Shown piece by piece: positions 49,801 to 62,091 of a DNA stretch of 64,000 nucleotides (its first letter is position 1; every line of letters begins with the position of its first letter). Under the pieces are notes generated by a model. That model had not been told where the DNA came from and did not search any database. It saw only the letters and a program-made list of their open reading frames with translations. Source of the DNA: Octopus sinensis (lineage: Eukaryota); assembly GCF_006345805.1 (NCBI RefSeq), contig NC_042998.1:53382001-53446000 (forward strand). Direction: 5' to 3'. The position numbers were made by a program, and so were the translations under genes.

Positions 49801-51105
49801 TGTCAGTGTAATGTATAAGCAGAAGTTTGGAGCTCAAAAGTGAAGTGAAAGAAATAAAACACAAGAGACAGATGAGAACATAAAGAAAAGAGGTAATTAC
49901 TGAATATGAGAATTACAAGTGATGAATATTTATCAGCAGAAGTTAAACCGTCTGCTCAAGGACAAATTGAAAAACTAAACGACTTTATCTAAACTTCAGA
50001 GAGAAACTGTTGATCATGAACCATTTACAGTGCCCAATTATTGCATACTTGAAAGTGAACAAATGCCAATAGCTTAAAACCAAACTATGAAAAACAACAT
50101 ATCAATGGCACACAGTATGGATTTGATATTGGAAATAATAATATAAAGAAGCACAAGAAAAGAAAAACAATATCGAAATTGTGTGCAGAAAGAGCATATT
50201 CCATTTTACAAAACATCTCCAAGCAAGAGTGAGCAAGAACTTTTTTCCATTTCAGATCATTGAATAGAGGAAAAAACAATAGTGAAGTAAGTATCTGAGA
50301 GTGATTGGTCCATGTGGAATATCAAAAAACAAGTTATATTTTGTTTACCGTGTCGATATTTTCTTTTTGGCAAAGCAGACTTAATGCTTCGGCTTTTACA
50401 ATTGAGAATGGATGGTTTCTCAGAGGAGAATGAAAACAATTATAGGAATTCATTTAACCCTTTAGCATTTAAACCAGCCATATCCAACCCAAAATATCCC
50501 ACTTGTTTTATGTTCAAACTAACTAGATCCAGCCTTTCGCACCTACCCTACACCAACATAATAAAAATAGGCAATTATATCACTGAAATCTTGAAACTAT
50601 GAGATAATGCTTGAATAATTCAAAACAATGTGACTTTATACGAGGGTGTGCTCTATCCTGGGATTAAGGATGTTTCCCAGGTCAAGGAAGTCCTTTGATA
50701 TCCTTATCCATTCAGCTATTCACAATATACGATGTTTGGTCCCATTTATGTAGGGGTCTGAGTTTTCTACAATCTTCCATGATATATATATATATATAAT
50801 AAAAACTTACTTGGAGGATGCTTTTACGTCCTGTTCTTGTCATTTTTTTCTTTCCTTTTTTTTTACCCCTCTGCAAAAGAATTTTATTTAATTTATTTTG
50901 CAGGAATGACTGCTTCGGCCAGATCATGTTCTGCCCTTACGTTCGAAACACACATTGAGTCGAACCAGGGGCAGCTGATGAAGGGGAATATTCCTTGTAT
51001 TGTTTGTCTTGTACTCTGTTTTATCGTTGTTAAAAAAAGTCTGTATCCTTGTTTGTTTTTATGTTTTCATTTCTCATGTTCTACGTTTATTTGTGATGTC
51101 CTGTA

Positions 51106-51193
<88 letters not shown>

Positions 51194-51269
51194 CATGTAT
51201 ATATACATATAGTTGTAGTTATGTACATATATGTATGTATGTATGCATATGTATTATTTGTTAAATTGT

Positions 51270-51323
<54 letters not shown>

Positions 51324-51335
51324 CATATATATACA

Positions 51336-51552
51336 TGAGGGAGTGCTGAAAAGTTCCTCACTTTGGGTATAAGAAAATACAGAAGGGTCACTTAGCTATA
51401 ACTTTATTCAACATATTCTCCTCTCAGATTCATACACTTATTACAGTAGTCCTTCAGTTTATCTAAGCCTTATAAAAGAACTCAGAAGTTTGAGCCTCCA
51501 ACCAGGCCTTTCACGACACCCTTAAAGCCAGATACTTTTCAGCACCCCTTCA
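51336..51552. mobile_element. TA-flanked mariner-type MITE (~215 bp); copies at 62991-63202 and 63553-63772, partial at 29596-29700
   Basis: TIR (c/t)gagggagtgctgaaaagttcct / aggaacttttcagcacc..tc(g/a)ta; shared internal sequence. Confidence 0.85.
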
Positions 51553-51759
51553 TAAATAATATATTTGACAGAACAATATGAATGCTTATGGGTTAAAAAA
51601 TTGTATGGAACATTTTCTGTTAATAATAAATCCTAACCGAAGAGGCTAAATGAACTGATAATTTACACTGTAAATTGACATCATTTTATTTTGGGATATC
51701 TTTCATTTAAAAAATAATTTTTACAGTGGGAACCAACTTGTTCAGGTCAAACTTTTGTC

Positions 51760-53150
51760 TCACTGGGATTCTCCACTTAAGACCTTGCCAAGAAGGTCAA
51801 AGAAAGCCAGGAAGAAAGGAAGTCGATAGCAAGTAAAATATTCATCAGACAAATCACAAAATGAATTTATTTCACTCTACTCCAATTTCATTTTGAAACG
51901 CACATTTTCTAAAAGATCAAAGGCAGTTCATACAATATCTGATTCCACATATGTCAAACAAATGCATTTATCATACATTACTTTCCAAGTATAAATTGTG
52001 AGTTTGAGATTCAAGAGAAATTTTTATCCTTTGAATGTTTTGAATGTTACTGAGAAGAAAAAAGAACTAAATTTGAAAACCTGGTAAAAGGAACAATGAG
52101 TAAAAATGGCATTCTCTTGGAAGATTGTGCCGGTCAAGGATATTACAATGGTGTTGATATGGCAGTCAACTACAGTGAGTACAAAGAACATTAATGAGAA
52201 TTCTTTTGTTATTTTCTCACTGTGTGGATATCATATATTGAATTTCTATGACACTATTCTGCTGCATGTTTACTGAAGTAGTTACTATTATGAAATTATT
52301 GAAAATGTCTATAAATAATTTTTCCTATAATCCAAAAAGATAGCAAATTCTTCTGATGTACAGAAGCTGTCAATCATTGCATCATGTGTCAACTACCCAA
52401 TGGTCAACCAGAATTGATCATGTGAAATCATTTACATGAAATCTCAACTGTATTTATAGGTGTAGGAGTGGCTTTGTGGTAAGTAGCTTGCTTACGAACC
52501 ACATGGTTCCGGGTTCAGTCCCACTGCATGACACCTTCAGCAAGTGTCTTCTATAGCCTTGGGCTGACCAAAGCCTTGTGAGTGGATTTGTTAGACGGAA
52601 ACTGAAAGAAGCCCATCGTATATATGTATGTATGTGTTTGTGTGTCTGTGTTTGTCCACCCTCCCAACATCGCTGGACAACCGATGCTGGTGTATTTACA
52701 TCCCCACAACTTAGCAGTTTAACAAAAGAGACCGGTAGAATAAGTACTAGGCTTATAAAGAATAAGTCCTAGGGTTGATTTGCAGGACTAAAGGCAGTAC
52801 TCCAGCATGGCCACAGTCAAATGACTGAAACAAGTAAAAGAGTATTAAATAGCAGGATGTTTTATAACTAAATCTGATGTTAAAGAGCAGAAGTGATGTA
52901 ACAGGATCTATTAAAAAAAAGTCCTTTTCAGATGCATGCTCATGTCATCTATCTAATTCAATATCCTTGCTTCCATTAACATTTGCAACATAGAACTACA
53001 GACAAGAGATAACTTTAAAGTGCACAACATTAAAATGCTCATAAAAAACTTTGCTGAAATGGTGACATCAATTCAACATTTGGCTGACAGTATCAACAAA
53101 TGTTCTTAAAAGTCTTCAAAGAGAAATTAAGCTGTCTGTAAATGACAGAA
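51760..53150 (+). pseudogene. hAT (Tip100/ZMYM1-like) transposase remnant interrupted by a SINE
   Basis: KYSSDKSQNEFI; NGILLEDCAGQGYYNGVDMA; FSLCGYHILN; NPKR*QIL; TQWSTRIDHVK resemble the hAT core motifs. Confidence 0.75.
52456..52842 (+). mobile_element. SINE family A inserted in the hAT remnant (gtatt target duplication)
   Basis: Full head-to-tail copy; the empty site is visible in the inverted duplicate at 54321-54650. Confidence 0.9.
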
Positions 53151-53569
53151 AGCAAAAGAAATTCATACATGGGAGTCAGTCAAGTAATAAAAGCCATATA
53201 AATGATTCTGATACATGTATGTCATCATTATCTTGGACACCTGCATTCTTATGACACTGTTGATTCTTGTACTGGGTGTTTCAACAAGACTTAAGTGCAA
53301 AGGAAATGTTTGTTACTTATTCCTTCTTCTGTCAATGTGAGTGTGTATCAAAAAACCTTTACACTGCAAGGGTATGTGTCAGTTGCCAAAATATAAAGAC
53401 GCTGATGTAAATTGCGCAAAACAGTTTCAAATGAATGAATCAACTTGAAAAAACTATGAGACATCATTACAAATTTGAGGAGCTACAACTTAACCCATTG
53501 ATTTACTCAACAAAAGATCCTTCTACCACAAATACAAAAATATCATTTTCAATCTTTGTACATTTGCTA

Positions 53570-54215
53570 AATTTTTCTTGAGAACATTTCTTAGTGGTAA
53601 AACCACAGCAGATCTACTTCTTGCATAAGGGTTGTCCACATAGTGGTCATCCTTCTCATATGTATATAATACAATTTACTGAACCTTCATATTTTAATAT
53701 GCTTGACCACTGGTGTTAAATAGATGTTAATTGAATTAATATCCAATTTCTCACCCTCATTTAAAATTCGAATTTAAATTAATACATTCTCTAACTGGCA
53801 AAAGCCACTGCAGTAAATTATTTTCTGCAGTATTATTTTCCAGTAATTTAGCGCGCCAAAGCGAGGACTTTTGAAAAATAACCACAAGTATAATAGGTAG
53901 AACTATAGAAAAATCCAACTTCATGCAGACGTTCTCATGTATAGTTCTGCAAATTATATTTGAATGGATGGTCACACTGAAGATCTACAGACAAATTGCG
54001 TAAGTAAAATTACATAATCTGTTAATAGTGAAACATGTATGTGAATAATCTATACTTTTGTTACTTTCCATTTGTCTTGCTCACTTACGTTCTGGTGCTT
54101 GCTAAATTTTTCTTGAGAACATTTCTTAGTGGTAAGACCATAGTGGATCTACTTCTAGCATAAGGGTTGTCCACATAGTATATGTCCTCTCATATGTATA
54201 TAATACAATTTACTG
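53570..54215. repeat. ~120-bp direct repeats (53570-53690, 54100-54215) bracketing a copy of the 144-445 repeat
   Basis: tgctaaatttttcttgagaacatttcttagtggtaa...cataagggttgtccacatagt...catatgtatataatacaatttactga occurs twice. Confidence 0.85.
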
Positions 54216-54320
54216 AGAGAGAGATGGACAGACAGACAGACAGAAGGTAGATACATACATACATACATACTTACATACATACATACATACAGACATACAT
54301 ACATACATACATACATAAAT

Positions 54321-54650
54321 ATATTGAACTAGATAGATGACATGAACATGCATCTGAAAGAGGACTTCTTTTTAATAGATCCTGTTACATCACTTCCGCT
54401 CTTTAACATCAGATTTAGTTATAAAACATCCTGCAATTTAATACTATTGAGATTTCATGTAAATGATTTCACATAATCAATTCCGGCCAACCATTGGGTA
54501 GTTGACACATGATGCAATGATTGACAGCTTCTGTACATCAGAAGAATTTGCTATCTTTTTGGATTATAGGAAAAATTATTTATAGATATTTTCAATAATT
54601 CCATAATGCTATCTGCTTCAGCAAGCATGTTGCAGAATAGTATCATAGAA
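54321..54650 (-). repeat. Inverted duplicate of 52244-52964, lacking the SINE
   Basis: About 6 mismatches over a ~150-bp core; shares the same in-frame stop. Confidence 0.92.
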
Positions 54651-54849
54651 GGTCGATGTATAATAATAGAAAGCCAGTTGAAATGTAGCCATAGTTTTCA
54701 TCATTACTATCACACTGCCGTCTCATACATTCTACTGTTAAGTCATCAAAGAGCTCACTGTTAATGAATTAGATATTGTCAGTGGATCTTGGACTATCAA
54801 AAAGTGTGAGTGCTTCTTTCTTTAGAAAATTTGACTATGAAATGAACTG

Positions 54850-55680
54850 TGCTGATACTGAAAATGAAAGTAAGTGGGGAAGAAGCAAAGAAGATACAAA
54901 AATTGTAAGAAGCTGGAAAATTTTATCACATCATTTCTTGAACAACCTAGTCTTCCTCAGCATTAAATGTATTAAAAGTTACTGTAGATCAAATCACTAT
55001 ATTCTGAAAAAGGAGAGTTAAGTTTCTTCTAAGAACCAGCAGTAACTTTTGAAGAGGTAGAACTACTAAAACTTTGAATATCATAAGACAGAATACAATA
55101 TGTGCCTTATTACTTCTCAGTGTAAGTTTCTTGGAGTCAAATAAAATATTAAAATATGAAATTCTATTAGATATCCAGAGGGCAGAAATAGTTATATTGA
55201 ATAGTCAGAATAGCAAAGTGCTATTTATTCCAACACAGAACTATGAAGGGTAATTTAAAAGAATGTAGAGAAATGAATATGGAGAATTTTGGTGACCATA
55301 TCCTGTTCATTTTCTAGAGATAAAAGCAAATTTTTGCTCTTGTTGTATGCTGTAGTCATGAAATGCCAATCAGTCTTCACTGGAACAAAAAACTGTATTG
55401 TATCATGAGCATGCACCAGATTGTTTTTGTACTCATGAAAAGTCAAAAGAAATCATTGATACTGCTTCACTTTATGGAAAGTAGTAGAAAGAAATCTTAT
55501 AGAAAATAGAGGTATCCTTGATAAGGCTTCCATACCAAATCGAAAATGGCATGATGTTCTTCACAAAATTCTCCTTTGCATAAAATTTCTAGTAACACAA
55601 ACCTTTGCATTGCATGGTTTATCAACATTCTAGAGCTATTCCAAGTTGCAAGTTTGAAGTACCATGACAGAATTGATTAA
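54850..55680 (+). pseudogene. Probable N-terminal part of a hAT transposase remnant
   Basis: KWHDVLHKILLCIKFLVTQTFALHG resembles the W..IL.RI...IKFLA.QNLALRGH motif. Confidence 0.5.
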
Positions 55681-57480
55681 AATTATAAAGGACACTATCT
55701 TTATAGATATCCCTTTTTAGATATTGCTCCCGAAGGGTTTTCTGTATATTATCGATTAAAACAACTCCCCAGAGGACTTACGTTATACTTAGGTTATAGT
55801 ATGATGTTCTTTGTTATCTAAGATCTGGAGAACAAATCTATCTGAATATGAACAATATGCAACAATTTACATATGATTATGTATTTTATAAACTGGTTTA
55901 TGGATATTAACTTATCTTATGCAAGTAACTATTGTATCATGCCATTTTAAAATTATTTTCATTTGAATTTCATGATCAGGAAAGAGTTGTGAATTTGTTG
56001 GTGAATTAATGAGATAAAGAAGCATTCTCAATTCTGATCTCAAGATGTGACAAGAAATTTCAATAATGCTAAATATGAGTAAGGCATGGAAAGAAAATAT
56101 CAAATATTATCAATTCCTTTATTTCTACTTAATGAGAAACAAATCCATTTCAAAATCAATAAGCAATTGTATCAGTAAAAGAGCTCTGAATGCCTGCAAG
56201 TAACAAAGATAAAGATATATCAATAATATAGAATGACTCCAGATCTCTCAGAGAAAAGATGAACTGCCAAATATTACAATACATATTTTAATTTGTTAAT
56301 GAATTTCATTCTCTATAAAGTTTATCCTTCAACAAAGCTAATAATCTAACAAAGCATAATAGATCCACTAGCACCAATGTATGGTGAGAGGTATTAAATA
56401 ATAATAGTAATAACAACAATAATAATAATAATGACGATGATGATGATGATAATTCAGTCAGTCTTTCCATATCACTTAGCTAAGGAAAATGAATGCATAA
56501 CTGTTCCTCTCTCACCTGTTGTAACACAAGAAAGTATCAAAAACAACGCAGAATTAACATGTTCAACAAAATGGTTTGACATCAAGATTGCATATTCAAT
56601 AAAGTATGCATGTAATCATTATCATCATCATTGTTTTAACATCTACTTTTCCATGCATGCATGGGTTAGATAAGTGCATTTTGAAACAGAGTTTTCTATG
56701 GTCAGATACCCTTCCTGTTGCTAAGCCTCTACTTGCTTCCAAGTGAGATAATACAGACAACAAACAGCCTGGACATGTCTACGTAGAGAACTGGAAACAA
56801 ATAGCATCATCATCATCATCGTTTAACGTCTGCTTTCCATGCTAGCATGGGTTAGATGATTTGACTGAGATCTGGCAAACCAGATGGCTGCACCAGACTC
56901 CAATCTGATCTGACAGAGTTTCTACAGCTTGATGACCTTCCTAACGCCAACCACTCCAAGAGTGTAGTGGATGCTGAGAAATTAGAATGACAAATAAATA
57001 AACAATTATGATATGAACTTCATTAGCTTACAGCTGTTTCTGCTATAAGAGGCAATGCACTTATAGTTAAATGCTTGAGTATTACCCTATAGCCTCATCA
57101 GACCTTCAAAACAAAGTGAAATTTTATTTGAGGGAAAAGGTATGTAGACAGGTTTTACCTTAGTAATCTCCCTCTGCCACTCAATTAGACACTTTCCCTC
57201 CCGCAAATAATTGCTATTTCTTCCAACAATTCTATAGCTATTATCCCTGAACTTTGACACCTATACACAAGCCCAACTGACTACCCTTCAGTTACTGTCT
57301 ATCCTACCCCTCTCAAATCTCCATCTTTACTATCATCTCCCTTAATACTCTCATTATTAATCCCCTCCTTCTTCTTGAACTAGCTCTCTTATCTCCTCTC
57401 CCCATTCTCTGTCTTAACACTCCCCATAATCCCACCAACGCTTCTACTTTACTTTCTGTTTTAGAATGGTTTTTAAATTT

Positions 57481-57511
<31 letters not shown>

Positions 57512-57611
57512 CACGCATATACATATTTCTATGGGTGAATGCATATACTGTCATGACTGCTGCTTCTGCCTCTGTGATATCATCTCATTTCTCCAACTCT
57601 CCTATATTATT

Positions 57612-57998
57612 TACTAGCAGTATCGCCCGGCGTTGCTCAGGTTTGTAAGGGAAATAACTATAAAGCATTTTTAGAGAGTTATAGCCAAAAAATAGCAAAA
57701 AAATGGAAAAAAATGATGGTAAATTTTTTTTGATAGTTAAAAAAGGTGGAGTTGCGTCCCCTACACAGTTTGTGGTTTGTGTTCCTGATTCTCGACCCCA
57801 TGTCGAATTTATCGATTTTTTTCAGAACTGGGGGAACTTTTCAAAATTTTCGCTGCGTTAGTTTTGAATTATGACATTGGGCTATGTGTGTGTCAAGTTT
57901 CATCAGAATCGGTTGAAAGCCGTGGTCAGGGTGAGGGTACAAGCAAACAGACACACAGAAACACGCACAGACAAACTGCCGTTTATATAGAGAGAGAT
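57612..57998 (-). mobile_element. Complete non-autonomous Helitron (~385 bp)
   Basis: Minus strand begins a|TCtctctatataaacggcagtttgtctgtg and ends ...cctgagcaacgccggg (hairpin) cgatactgCTAG|t. Confidence 0.8.
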
Positions 57999-58184
57999 AT
58001 ACCTCTTGTCTCTTATATCACACCTTTATTTCTTCTCATTGTCACAGCAATATATATATATATTCTCTTATATGTTTCAGTCCAATGACTGTGGCCATGC
58101 TGGAGCACCACCATTGTAATCATCTTTCCACTTTCCACCCTTGTCGGAGCGGCTTCTGGTGAAGGATGGAGTTCGATGCTACTG

Positions 58185-58188
58185 AAAA
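58185..58188 (-). terminator. Pol III oligo-T terminator of the tRNA-Asn copy
   Basis: TTTT on the minus strand 12 nt 3' of the tRNA end. Confidence 0.55.
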
Positions 58189-58200
58189 GGTTTAACTTGT

Positions 58201-58274
58201 CGTCCCTGGGTGGACTCGAACCACCAACCTTTTGGTTAACAGCAGAATGCACTAACCGATTGCCCCACAAAGAC
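58201..58274 (-). tRNA. trnN: tRNA-Asn(GTT) pseudogene, probably non-functional
   Basis: RC GTCTTTGTGGGGCAATCGGTTAGTGCATTCTGCTGTTAACCAAAAGGTTGGTGGTTCGAGTCCACCCAGGGACG, about 7 differences from canonical eukaryotic tRNA-Asn; D-stem and anticodon-stem mismatches; TTTT 12 nt downstream. Confidence 0.9.
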
Positions 58275-58282
58275 AACCCCAC

Positions 58283-58445
58283 AGAAGGAGTGGCTGTATG
58301 GTAAGTAGCTTGCTAACCAACCACATGGTTCTGGGTTCAGTCCCACTGCGTGGCATCTTGGGCAAGTGTCTTCTGCTATAGCCCCGAGCCGATCAATGCC
58401 TTGTGAGTGGATTTGGTAGACGGAAGCTGAAAGAAGCCTGTTGTA

Positions 58446-58478
<33 letters not shown>

Positions 58479-58697
58479 GTGGGTGTTTGTGTATCTGTGT
58501 TTGTCCCCCTAGCATTGCTTGACAACCGATGCTGGTGTGTTTGCGTCCCCGTCACTTAGCAGTTCGGCAAAAGAGACTGATAGAATAAGTACTGGGCTTA
58601 CAAAGAATAAGTCCCGGGGTTGATTTGCTCGACTAAAGGCGGTGCTCCAGCATGGCCGCAGTCAAATGACTGAAACAAGTAAAAGAGTAAAAGAGTA
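58283..58697 (+). mobile_element. SINE family A, well preserved
   Basis: ggagtggctgtatggtaag...ggttcagtcccactgcgtggc...gactgaaacaagtaaaagagtaaaagag. Confidence 0.9.
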
Positions 58698-60289
58698 TAT
58701 ATATATATAATGTGGGGGGTATATGTATAAATAGAAAGATAAATAAATAGACAGATAAACATGGATAGTTGGATAGTAGTTGACAGCCAGTGTATTCTCA
58801 CTAACACCAACATCTTAGCAATAGTTATCAAGGAGTTATTTATTTCAAACTAATTTACTAGAGGTAAATCTAATTCTAGAGAAAAATTTCAAAATTGTTT
58901 TTACATATACCCTCAAATAGTTTAATGTTCCATTATCGATAAAAGCATTATAGAGAGAATTTATTTTTACCTAAGAAAAAAAAAATGCATATATGCATCA
59001 AACATTGGAATTTATGTAAACCTAAAATTGTAATGATGATTTTAACCTGAGTCTTATGGGATTATCAAACTGCATATTATTTTTAATCTTAAATATGCAT
59101 CAAAGTTTATGTAGTACTACATATGACTATAAATTTATAATCATGAAATGTATACCTGTTTCAAAGAAATATATTCCCTGGCATATAATACGCATACATA
59201 AAATACATATATGATATGTTTATTTTTCTTTCTAAGAAGCTCTTTAAAAATCCTGTACGTGTTACATGCAAATTTTGAATTCTTCAAAATTTTATCTAAA
59301 ACTAGTTTTCTGGCAAAAAATAAACAATTTCCTGAAAAATTTTGTTTGTAAATTGTCTATTATGATATATAAAAAAATTTCCATTACTCTTCATAAAAGA
59401 GAAAACTAAGAAGCGATAACAAAAAGATAAAGTGATTGTAAATATTTTTGTGTTCTTCACTGGCTAAAAATAATATGGCTAAGATATAATTGTTTCTGTT
59501 TCAGCAGTTTTAGATCAAGTTGAGTCACTTGCTGAACAACTACATCTCCAGTATCTTCTTTTATCTTCTTTCACTTGCTTCAGTCATTAGACTGAGGCCA
59601 TGCTGGGGCACCATCTTGAAGAATCTTAGTAGAATGAATCAACCCTAATATTCATTTTTTAAGTTTGGTACTTATTCTATTGAACTCTTTTGATGACCTG
59701 TTATGTCAGAAGGATGTAAACAGACTAACACCGATTGCCAAGCAGTGGTGCGGGACAAGCACAAACTCAGAGACATGAACACATACACACACATGCACAT
59801 GCACACACACCCACACACACGTCAGGCTTCTTTCAGTTTCCATCTCCCAAATCCATACACAAAGAAGATACTTGCCAAAGGTACAACACAGTGAGTTTGA
59901 ACCCAGAACCACATGGCTAGGAAACAAACTTCTTACCTCACAGCCATGTCTGTACCTATATATGTGTGTGTGTGTGTGTGTGGTGTGTGTGTGTGTGTGT
60001 ATAGTGGAGGTGTGTGGCTTAGTGGTTAGGGTGTTGCACTCATGATTGCAAGATCGTGGGTTTAATTTCCAGACCAGGTGTTGCGTTATGTTCTTGAATA
60101 AAGCCCTTCATTTCACGTTGCTCTGCAATCATTTTGACATTTGACATGTGGCACCCAGTTGCACCTGTGCAGGTAATGTTGATTTGATGGAGGGAGTGGC
60201 CTTATGTCTAGACAAACGTTTGATCACTATAATCAAATCATCTGTGTGATTATCCGGTAAGAAACTGTCGAACCATCATATGTCATCCA

Positions 60290-61135
60290 ACAACATTACC
60301 AAACAAAGCCTGGAATATCAGCAACAGCAACCAATCATTTTCATTGATTTTGTCAAGGCATTTGACAGCACTTACCAGAGTTCATTGTGGTACATCGCTC
60401 GTGACTTCAGCATTCCTGAGTGTTCCATTGACACCTTTCAGTGCTTTTACTATGAGTCTAGGTGCTGCATTCAAACAGAGATGGGCTACACTAACTAATT
60501 TGCCATTTAGACAGTGTCCAGTAAAGGTGTATTCTATTCTTTCTCCTTTTTCTTACAGCAATCAACTTTGTCATGGGTGAGGTGATGCACCAACGTGGAG
60601 TTGGGATTCTGTAGTGTGGGTCAGGGTGCCTGACTGACCTCGACTTTGCCGATGACATTGTGCACCTTGGAGTGACAAAGAATGTCATTCGCACAATGGC
60701 AGAGAGATTGGAATGGGAGGACTCCACATGAGTGAAAACAAGACGTAGATCATGAGGAATGGATGTCGATGGGATCAACAATGGCATCTCTTTGATGATT
60801 GGACAACACCAAATCGAGGAAGTTGAGAAGTTCACCTATTTGGGCAGTGTTATAGACAATGAGAGAGACATTGAACACAACATTGCCTGCCGGATTAGAA
60901 AGGCTTTGGCTGCCTTTCAAGACTCAAACCCATCTGGGCAGGCAGAGCGATCTCCAGCAAGACCAAAATGCACCTCTTCAACAGTATCACCTTACTACTG
61001 GCAGTATACATGGTAGAAACGTGGAAGACATCAACAAAGACCACGCAAAGGCTCAATGTATTTCAGCTACAATGCCTCTAGCAGATACTGTGAATATCAT
61101 ACCAGGACACATCACCAACGACAAGATACATTGCT
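60290..61135 (+). pseudogene. Degraded RTE-clade reverse transcriptase fragment
   Basis: IFIDFVKAFDS; LTDLDFADDIV; IEEVEKFTYLGSVI...DIEHNIACRIRKA. Confidence 0.8.
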
Positions 61136-61330
61136 GAACAGATACTCTTTTTAAAAGAATATTTTTAAAACTTTTCTTTTAATTTTGCCAAAATTTTATT
61201 GTTTTCCATACTTAAGATTTGAAAAAGTCTTAATGATTGAAACCGGTACTGCAATGATTTTATAAAATTATTTTAGCATTTTCTACCTTGACTTTTTTTC
61301 CATATATATCAACTCATGTGTTCTTTTTCA

Positions 61331-61398
<68 letters not shown>

Positions 61399-61519
61399 AC
61401 TACATGTGGATTGTTGATGATTTTTTCCCTCCATCTTCCTTTTCTTTTGAACTTTCCTCTGTCTCCTGTTTCTGAAGAACAGCTTTTCTCAAAACGTAAA
61501 ACATCCTTTCTTTCCTTCC

Positions 61520-62091
61520 CTAGCAAAGTGGAATACACATTCACTCTCTGCACATGATTTGACTCAGAAAGTTTTGAGGAACCCATTGACCTAATTTGCT
61601 GACTTTCCTGATGGCACACAGGTGTCAATGAATGGTTAAATGACCAAATCCAAGCTTCTCTGCTATTTCCTCAACAGTTACGATGGGATTTTGTCCCACC
61701 AGGGTTTGCAGGACATCCTCGTTGAGCTTTACAAATTTTCTAGGCTGTAGCTTCCAGCTCAGAATTTCTGAAACCACCGTTGACACTGGCTTATGCTTAT
61801 TGTCCAATCCCCATGCAGTGTATTAATATTCCTGGCACTTTCCATTGCATTGTTACCTTTATGGAACTCATAAAGCGAAATATGCTGACTATGCTCCTTT
61901 GTCACTTCCATTATAGTTTTGAAACCATAATTGTTAAGGTCGAACTGCACTTTTCAAAACTTGCACTAAGGATAAGGGCAAAGTAAAATTACTCCCTGCT
62001 TTTATAGCAAGTTGATGCAGGTAGTTTACCCTCCCCTCCAATTTTTACTTCATGCAATTGAAAAATAGGCATTATTTATGGGATGACCCAA
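61520..62091 (-). mobile_element. Mariner element 5' part (TIR, HTH region, WVP motif)
   Basis: ta|ttgggtcatcccataaataatgc TIR; MEVTKEHSQHISLYEFHKGNNAMESARNIN...CQRWFQKF; QNPIVTVEEIAEKLG; KVSKLGQWVP. Confidence 0.85.

Noticed and set aside
50256-50286. 31-nt candidate exon (tttcag|ATCATTG...GTGAA|gtaagt)
   Set aside because: Good splice signals, but not frame-preserving, no homology, and phase-incompatible with the next candidate.
50930-51000. GAAAC...GTC...CTGATGA hammerhead-like words
   Set aside because: Stems I and II cannot be paired in the required register.
54825-54868. 44-nt candidate exon (ctttag|AAAATTTG...GAAA|gtaagt)
   Set aside because: Lies at the edge of the probable hAT N-terminal remnant; most likely chance signals in TE debris.
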